This document shows, in pieces, positions 58,403 through 64,000 of a stretch of DNA of 64,000 nucleotides. A program made the position numbers and the translations under genes. A model generated the notes under the pieces. That model was not told where the DNA came from and made no database searches. It saw nothing but the letters and a program-made list of their open reading frames with translations. Source of the DNA: an uncultured virus (IMG/VR IMGVR_UViG_3300008107_000034) (lineage: Duplodnaviria > Heunggongvirae > Uroviricota > Caudoviricetes); the IMG/VR virus record IMGVR_UViG_3300008107_000034. One strand, given 5' to 3'. How positions within the stretch are numbered: position 1 is the stretch's first letter; each line of letters starts with the position of its first letter.

Positions 58403-59944
58403 ATGGCAGTAACAGTATCAAAAGCTGGTCCTTATTACTCTTCAGGTGCTATTTCCTTTAGTTCTTTAAGATCTAATTTTCGTGCTCAGCAGAGAAAACA
58501 AACCTCTTCTACAACTGAGACATTTAATAGTGATACTGGTCAAATTAGTGTTTCAGAACTAAAAAGAATCATAAGTACAACAAATACAGACCCAGTTGTT
58601 CCAGATTCTACCGAAAATGCCAATATTTCAACATCAAATAATTGGAAAACATCACAATTTAGAAATTCAGTAAAATATTATTATCTTACTCAAAGTGATA
58701 CTGAACTTAATCTTGATATCTCAAATCAATCTTGGAATAATAATTTAAATAAGAACATTAGAAAATTTTTGTTTATTGATGGAATCTGTGGATCTGTAAA
58801 TACTTCTACTCCATCTGCAATATTGAATACAATTGCACATAATTTGGTAATTGATGTTTTTGGTCAAATTTTTGGTGCTTCTGGAAGAGGAGGTGGAACT
58901 GGTAATGGCGCACCTGATCCTGGAGGTGAGAATGGTGGAAACGCTTTTTCGTTATCTCCCATCGGTGGAAATAATGTTAATGTTTTATTAAGACCATCGG
59001 CACAAGTATATGGTGGCGGCGGTGGAGGTGAGAGAGGATCTCAAGGTGCTCCTGGAGGCGCAGGATCTTGTTATAATGAATATACGACTCAAGGATGTGG
59101 CGGAGCTCCTGGTTGCGGTAGTGGTTATAATGATGCTGGAACTTGGGGTGGGAATTGTTGTCAATCTACTTGCGATTGGTGCTGGGGTTGTTGTGAACGA
59201 TGTGTGAAAAATACTCAGTATCGTCGATGTACTCAATATTCAACAATCACTGCTGGAGCAGGTGGATATGGAGGAACAGGTGGATATGGTAGAGGATATA
59301 ATAATCAAGATGGAACTTTATTAGGGTCTCCTGGAGGTCTTGGTTCGGATCCTGCAGGTGCTGGATATTCCTTATCATCTATCGGATATTACTGGACAGA
59401 AAATAATGATGATGCTTTCTTAAATGTAACTGGGAGTGGATCTGCCCGAATTACTATGGAAATTGATACAAATGATAATCCAAATACTAATGGTAGATGT
59501 TACGATACGATTAGAGTTCGTGATGGTAATACTGCAGCGTATGCAGAAATATTCTCATGGAATTTTAAAAATGGAATTAGAAGATATACTTTTAATGTAT
59601 CTCCAAAGACATATATGGTGCAAATTTCTGGAAATCCAAGAAATGTTCTAATTAGAGATAATGGTGTTAAGTTGAGAGACAATAGTGGAGATGATACAAA
59701 TGCAAGAATTTATATAACCTCTGTTGATCAATATACTTTGTCGTATAGCCCATCAACTTGTGGTGCTACTCGTGGATCAAATGGAGAATCCGGTGGTTCT
59801 GGTGGAGATTGGGCAACATCTGGATCTGGCACCACAGGAGCTACAGGTGCAGGAAATGGTGGATCGGCAATTGTTGGATCAAATTATACAATATCAGGAT
59901 CAATAAATGCATCAACTATAAAGGGATCTTATCAACCACAATAA
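58403..59944 (+). CDS. Gly-rich virion protein with Cys-rich segment
   Basis: SGAISFSSLR N-terminus, GGGGGG runs, 11 Cys in 54 aa. Confidence 0.65.
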   Translation: MAVTVSKAGPYYSSGAISFSSLRSNFRAQQRKQTSSTTETFNSDTGQISVSELKRIISTTNTDPVVPDSTENANISTSNNWKTSQFRNSVKYYYLTQSDTELNLDISNQSWNNNLNKNIRKFLFIDGICGSVNTSTPSAILNTIAHNLVIDVFGQIFGASGRGGGTGNGAPDPGGENGGNAFSLSPIGGNNVNVLLRPSAQVYGGGGGGERGSQGAPGGAGSCYNEYTTQGCGGAPGCGSGYNDAGTWGGNCCQSTCDWCWGCCERCVKNTQYRRCTQYSTITAGAGGYGGTGGYGRGYNNQDGTLLGSPGGLGSDPAGAGYSLSSIGYYWTENNDDAFLNVTGSGSARITMEIDTNDNPNTNGRCYDTIRVRDGNTAAYAEIFSWNFKNGIRRYTFNVSPKTYMVQISGNPRNVLIRDNGVKLRDNSGDDTNARIYITSVDQYTLSYSPSTCGATRGSNGESGGSGGDWATSGSGTTGATGAGNGGSAIVGSNYTISGSINASTIKGSYQPQ

Positions 59945-59970
59945 ATATTTTTAGTTGAAATATAAAAACA

Positions 59971-60303
59971 ATGTCTGAAGATAAAAATTATCCTTCTCTT
60001 ATAGAACAAACCAAAAATCTTGCTAATTTTTCTTGGGAATTAGTTCAATACATAACTCAAAATCGTGATGCAATTCTCTTTGTTTCTGACGAAATTTATA
60101 AACAAAGAATTGAAACATGCAAAGGTTGTGATAAGTATGATGAATTAGAAAATCGTTGCAGAGAATGTGGATGCTATGTTCCTGCAAAGGCAAAAATTAT
60201 CCTTGACTCATGCCCACTAAGTAAATGGGATGCTGATAAAGAAACTTGGGATTCAAAATTTCAAAAAATTGCTGAAGATATTGACAAAAAACAACAATCC
60301 TAG
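59971..60303 (+). CDS. Small Cys-cluster (DUF6171-like) protein
   Basis: R..TCKGC...CRECGC...K......CPLSKW. Confidence 0.7.
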   Translation: MSEDKNYPSLIEQTKNLANFSWELVQYITQNRDAILFVSDEIYKQRIETCKGCDKYDELENRCRECGCYVPAKAKIILDSCPLSKWDADKETWDSKFQKIAEDIDKKQQS

Positions 60304-60309
60304 TAGACT
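60281..60309 (+). promoter_or_regulatory. Sigma70-type promoter
   Basis: TTGACA-17 nt-TAGACT. Confidence 0.6.
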
Positions 60310-60417
60310 ACCTTTGTCCCGGTTGAAGATGAGAATCTAAAGCTTCATAGGACACTTAGGAAACCGTCCACTGAGTCGCATCAGGGACGGTTTTCTGCTA
60401 TGATAGTCTCATACGCA

Positions 60418-61680
60418 ATGATCCCTGTGATTCAACTCCGTCCTCACCAGCAACGCGGTCTTGAAGCAATGCTCAAGTATCGTATTGGTCAATTGATCAT
60501 GCCGACTGGTGCTGGAAAGACTCTGACCATGATTGCTGATGCGATCAAAGAGTTTTCCAATAGCGATCCTCAAACTATTGTTGTAGTTGCTCCTCGTATT
60601 CTTTTGAGTGAACAGTTGTCTGCTGAATTCTTGGAGTATGTTACTAATGCATCTGTTATTCATATCCATTCGGGGGAAACAAGGCATTTTAGCACTACAA
60701 AACCCTCTGAGATTCAGTATTGGAATCAAATTGTGACTAGTGCATTCAATCCTGATGCTCCCAAACACAAACTGATCTTCACTACCTACAACTCTCTACA
60801 GCGTCTACAGCAAGCAGACATTCATATTGACACTATTTACTTTGATGAAGCACACAACAGTGTTAAGAGTCATTTTTTCCCTGCTACAAAACACTTCTCT
60901 GCTACTGCTAACCGCTGCTATTTCTTCACTGCTACTCCTAAGCATTCTGCTACTATTTCCAAACCTGGCATGAATGATGGATCTGTATATGGTCAAGTAA
61001 TTTGTAATGTTGCTGCACCTGAATTGGTTGAAGGTGGTTTCATTGTTCCTCCTCAGGTTTGTGTGAGTCAGATCAATGCAATTCGTGACAAAGATGATGC
61101 AGCAGAGCGTGATTGCATGACTCTTCTGGATAAGATTCTCAATGAGGACAATATGCAGAAGGTTTTGGTAGCAGCACCCAATACTAAAGTGTTGGTTCGA
61201 ATGCTTGCTGAGACTGATTTTATGACAGAAGTTCAGTCACATGGTTATGATGTATTGTGGGTGACTGCAAAGTATGGTGCATTCATCAACAACAAAAAGG
61301 TTTCCCGTGAACTGTTTTTTGACACTCTGACTGCATGGGGTAAGGATCCTGAGAAGAAGTTCATCATTCTTCACTACAGCATCCTTTCTGAGGGTATCAA
61401 CTGTCCTGGATTGACCTCCTGCGTCCTCATGAGGAACATGGATTACATTGCTATGGCACAGACCATTGGGCGTGTGATTCGCCTCCATCCAGACGATTCT
61501 AAGCGCCTCTCAGAGGGTTCTTTGGTGCCTGGACAGTTGAAGGACTATCACAAGTCCTATGGGTTCATTCATGTTCCCGTGTATAGTAACGTTGGCATCG
61601 CAACTGCCAAACGTTTGCAGAGTGTCGCTGAGACGATCTTTGTTCAAGGCGAACCTGCAATCTCCACCATCAAACGCTGA
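60418..61680 (+). CDS. SF2 (DEAH, ResIII-like) helicase
   Basis: LRPHQ, PTGAGKT, DEAH, TATP, LSEGIN, QTIGRVIR; start uncertain (60400-60427). Confidence 0.88.
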   Translation: MIPVIQLRPHQQRGLEAMLKYRIGQLIMPTGAGKTLTMIADAIKEFSNSDPQTIVVVAPRILLSEQLSAEFLEYVTNASVIHIHSGETRHFSTTKPSEIQYWNQIVTSAFNPDAPKHKLIFTTYNSLQRLQQADIHIDTIYFDEAHNSVKSHFFPATKHFSATANRCYFFTATPKHSATISKPGMNDGSVYGQVICNVAAPELVEGGFIVPPQVCVSQINAIRDKDDAAERDCMTLLDKILNEDNMQKVLVAAPNTKVLVRMLAETDFMTEVQSHGYDVLWVTAKYGAFINNKKVSRELFFDTLTAWGKDPEKKFIILHYSILSEGINCPGLTSCVLMRNMDYIAMAQTIGRVIRLHPDDSKRLSEGSLVPGQLKDYHKSYGFIHVPVYSNVGIATAKRLQSVAETIFVQGEPAISTIKR

Positions 61681-61687
61681 GGTAATT

Positions 61688-61828
61688 ATGAAGCATCGTG
61701 TCACCTGCATGGTTAGTGGACAAACATTCTATGTTGAGTGTTATGCCCGCAATCGTCAAGAAGCAATACAAGTTGCTCTTGCACAATATCCAAATGCCCG
61801 TGTAATGTCCTCTAACATTGTATTTTGA
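61688..61828 (+). CDS. Small hypothetical protein (46 aa)
   Basis: MKHRVTCMVSGQTFYVECYARNRQEA..AQYPNARV with GAGG SD. Confidence 0.65.
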   Translation: MKHRVTCMVSGQTFYVECYARNRQEAIQVALAQYPNARVMSSNIVF

Positions 61829-61830
61829 TT

Positions 61831-62289
61831 ATGTTGAGTCTTTCCAAACAAATGAAAGAGAAGTTCTTTGTCGAAGGGCATGAACTTCCTACATGTGTCA
61901 ATGATGGTTGTAATAATAAAGTTCTTGTGCGAGAATGGAAGTATTGGTCTTTCAAATCCGAATGTTCCCGTTGCACTAGTGCTCGAAAGAATGGTAAAGT
62001 AATTCCTGGAGTTACAATTCATAAGAAATCATATTGTGAAAATCATGATGGACATCTTGGATGGACTTGTCCAGTTCCTAAAGATGGATGGGTTGGATTT
62101 GAAAACAGTTTGGATCTTGACCATCTAGATGGCGATCATCATAACAATATTCCAGACAATGTTAAAACTTATTGTAAACTGTGTCATGGTCGAAAATCAC
62201 TAATTAACGGTGATTGTGATAGTAACAAAGCATCGAGTAGAAAAATTCAATGGATCAGATCTTACAGGGAGATTCATCCCGACTTTTAA
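61831..62289 (+). CDS. HNH endonuclease
   Basis: LDLDHLDGDHHNN.PDN..TYCKLCH plus Cys pairs. Confidence 0.8.
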   Translation: MLSLSKQMKEKFFVEGHELPTCVNDGCNNKVLVREWKYWSFKSECSRCTSARKNGKVIPGVTIHKKSYCENHDGHLGWTCPVPKDGWVGFENSLDLDHLDGDHHNNIPDNVKTYCKLCHGRKSLINGDCDSNKASSRKIQWIRSYREIHPDF

Positions 62290-63038
62290 AAGAAATAGAA
62301 AGTGAGAGTGTGCATCTTACTTGCACCTCTCCTCCATATTATAACGCCAGAGAATATTCAACTTGGCCAACTTACCAAGAGTATCTTGACTTCTTGAGAA
62401 ATGTGTTTCTTGAAGTGTTAAGAGTCACTCAACCAGGTAGAATGTGTGTTGTAAATCTTTCTCCAGTGATTGAGGCAAGACAATCACGGGCACATGAGAG
62501 TAAACGTCTTGCAATTCCATTTCATTTTTTTACTTTAATGGAACAAATGGGATGGAAATACATTGATGATATTATCTGGTTAAAACCTGAGGGTGCATCA
62601 ATTAATCGTAATGGTGGATTCTTTCAACATCGCAAACCAGTTGCATACAAACCAAACATTGTAACTGAGACTATCTTTGTATTTCAGAAACCAGCACCAT
62701 TCTTAATTGATAAAGTTGTTCGATCTTATGATGGTGATGTATTAGAGCAATCACTTGTCAATGAAGACTATGAACGATCTAACGTATGGAAGATCAATCC
62801 AGAAACACATTCAGATCATTTAGCGCCCTATCCAAAAGAACTGTCTGATCGTATCATTAAGTATTACAGTTACATTGGTGATTTAGTTCTTGATCCTTTT
62901 ATGGGATCTGGGACAACTGCAATTTCATGTATTGATTTGAAACGGAAGTATCTTGGAGTTGAAATTCATGAGGAGTATGTTAATATGGCAATGGAACGAA
63001 TCCGATCTTTTAATCCTTTAGATCAATTTTTTAACTGA
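62250..63038 (+). CDS. DNA methyltransferase, beta class (probably N4-cytosine)
   Basis: TSPPY precedes VLDPFMGSGTT; HLAPYP. Confidence 0.9.
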   Translation: MDQILQGDSSRLLKEIESESVHLTCTSPPYYNAREYSTWPTYQEYLDFLRNVFLEVLRVTQPGRMCVVNLSPVIEARQSRAHESKRLAIPFHFFTLMEQMGWKYIDDIIWLKPEGASINRNGGFFQHRKPVAYKPNIVTETIFVFQKPAPFLIDKVVRSYDGDVLEQSLVNEDYERSNVWKINPETHSDHLAPYPKELSDRIIKYYSYIGDLVLDPFMGSGTTAISCIDLKRKYLGVEIHEEYVNMAMERIRSFNPLDQFFN

Positions 63039-63039
63039 A

Positions 63040-63261
63040 ATGAATATACAAAATGAAGGTATTCTGAATCCTAAACCAGGAGACCCCAACGGATATGTGA
63101 CTAAGGATGGCATGTGGGCTGCCGTTCCTTATGGTAAAAAGTTTGTTATCATTCACAATGGGCAGCAAGTTCACACTGCCAGCACCTATAAGACTGCCAA
63201 GTCTTATATTCAGAAGGCAATGAACGGCAAATCAGTCTCATCACTGGACAAATTTCTATGA
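63040..63261 (+). CDS. Hypothetical protein
   Basis: 73-aa ORF in a tightly packed run. Confidence 0.65.
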   Translation: MNIQNEGILNPKPGDPNGYVTKDGMWAAVPYGKKFVIIHNGQQVHTASTYKTAKSYIQKAMNGKSVSSLDKFL

Positions 63262-63464
63262 CTCAGACATTTAAAGTCACATCTGATGTCCCTTATGATA
63301 GACATACCTATGAAGTTGTCCTGAAAAATGACAAAAAGGTATTTTTCGACAATTGGACGGATGCTCAGGGGTTCTGGTTCCAGAACTGCCAGATCCCCGA
63401 TTTTTTAGATGTTATCATCGTAAAAGATAAACAAAAGGTTAAGAGCAAGGGATTTGGTCAATAA
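63258..63464 (+). CDS. Hypothetical protein
   Basis: 68-aa ORF, ATGA overlap, ends KGFGQ. Confidence 0.65.
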   Translation: MTQTFKVTSDVPYDRHTYEVVLKNDKKVFFDNWTDAQGFWFQNCQIPDFLDVIIVKDKQKVKSKGFGQ

Positions 63465-63488
63465 ATATTTTGAGAATAGGAGAGAGCT

Positions 63489-63659
63489 ATGACTGCTCTG
63501 TTTCTCACTACGATTATCACCTGCGGTCAAGCTCATGATGTTATCAATCGAATTCGAACACATAAAATGTTATCGAATGAAATCAAAGTAGAACTTATCA
63601 ATCTCATTCGTGAAACTATTCCATCCTGCCCTGTGGTGATTAAAAAAGATGCAAAATGA
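63489..63659 (+). CDS. Small hypothetical protein (56 aa)
   Basis: MTALFLTTIITCGQA...; AGGAG SD. Confidence 0.6.
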   Translation: MTALFLTTIITCGQAHDVINRIRTHKMLSNEIKVELINLIRETIPSCPVVIKKDAK

Positions 63660-63822
63660 ATCTCAATCCGATAAATGGAATCGTGGTTTGACTTTATTTG
63701 AAGAGAGTGTTCTGAAACCAGATCATGAATTGAGAAACTGTGCTCATAATCAAGAATGTTACAACGAACTCATGATTGTTCGTGAGCATGTGTTAGAATA
63801 TCTCAAAACTCTAAGACAATGA
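63649..63822 (+). CDS. Small hypothetical protein (57 aa)
   Basis: MQNESQSDKWNRGL...LRNCAHNQECYNELM; overlaps both neighbours. Confidence 0.6.
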   Translation: MQNESQSDKWNRGLTLFEESVLKPDHELRNCAHNQECYNELMIVREHVLEYLKTLRQ

Positions 63823-64000
63823 GTACCTCATACATTTACTTTATCATATTCTTTTGCATCGCATATCTGATTATCACCGATCAATCAGTCGCAAGAGGGT
63901 TTTATATGCTCACTCAACTTGCAAGAGTTCAATATGAAAAGACAAAGTGGTGGATATTACATAATCCTGCAAATCCGATTGTGAAGTATCTTATGTGGCG
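63819..64000 (+). CDS. Membrane-anchored hypothetical protein, 3'-truncated
   Basis: ATGA overlap; hydrophobic N-terminus; open to the window end. Confidence 0.5.
   Translation, partial: MSTSYIYFIIFFCIAYLIITDQSVARGFYMLTQLARVQYEKTKWWILHNPANPIVKYLMW

Noticed and set aside
407..62022. Numerous 60-160-aa alternative-frame or antisense ORFs in the track (e.g. 16614-17048, 45846-46321, 56178-56582)
   Set aside because: All are nested in longer, motif-supported genes and are explained by codon bias on the coding strand.

Overview
AT-rich segment of a T4-like cyanobacterial myovirus genome (Kyanoviridae-like, possibly freshwater; inferred from gene content, not from a database search). From left to right: (i) 1-8.4 kb, tail-fibre/virion structural genes. 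(ii) 8.4-26.2 kb, an accessory island of three paralogous ~1,270-aa proteins. Each has 24 Kelch-like GYFGGG blades (4 x 6) with constant scaffolds and hypervariable loops, and each is followed by the same promoter-like junction and a different set of tailoring enzymes (glycosyltransferases, 2OG-Fe(II) oxygenases, sulfotransferase, prolyl-4-hydroxylase-like). (iii) 26.2-35.4 kb, a candidate sRNA, glutaredoxin, an NtcA box plus tandem glutamine-riboswitch-like aptamers split by a GIY-YIG endonuclease gene ahead of a DUF4278-like peptide, then thyX, a second GIY-YIG gene, phoH, an exonuclease, gp33, gp59, gp32 and a Mom-like gene. (iv) 35.4-48.6 kb, baseplate/tail genes (gp53, gp48, gp2, gp4, gp26/gp51 with a candidate -1 frameshift, lysozyme+M23, gp5). 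(v) 48.6-49.5 kb, an orphan Phd-like ORF and three tRNAs, one a tRNA-Leu(UAA) with a 200-nt group I intron. (vi) 49.9-64 kb, large fibre genes, a flavin-dependent halogenase, a helicase, an HNH nuclease, a DNA methyltransferase and small ORFs. All family assignments come from motif recognition by eye.
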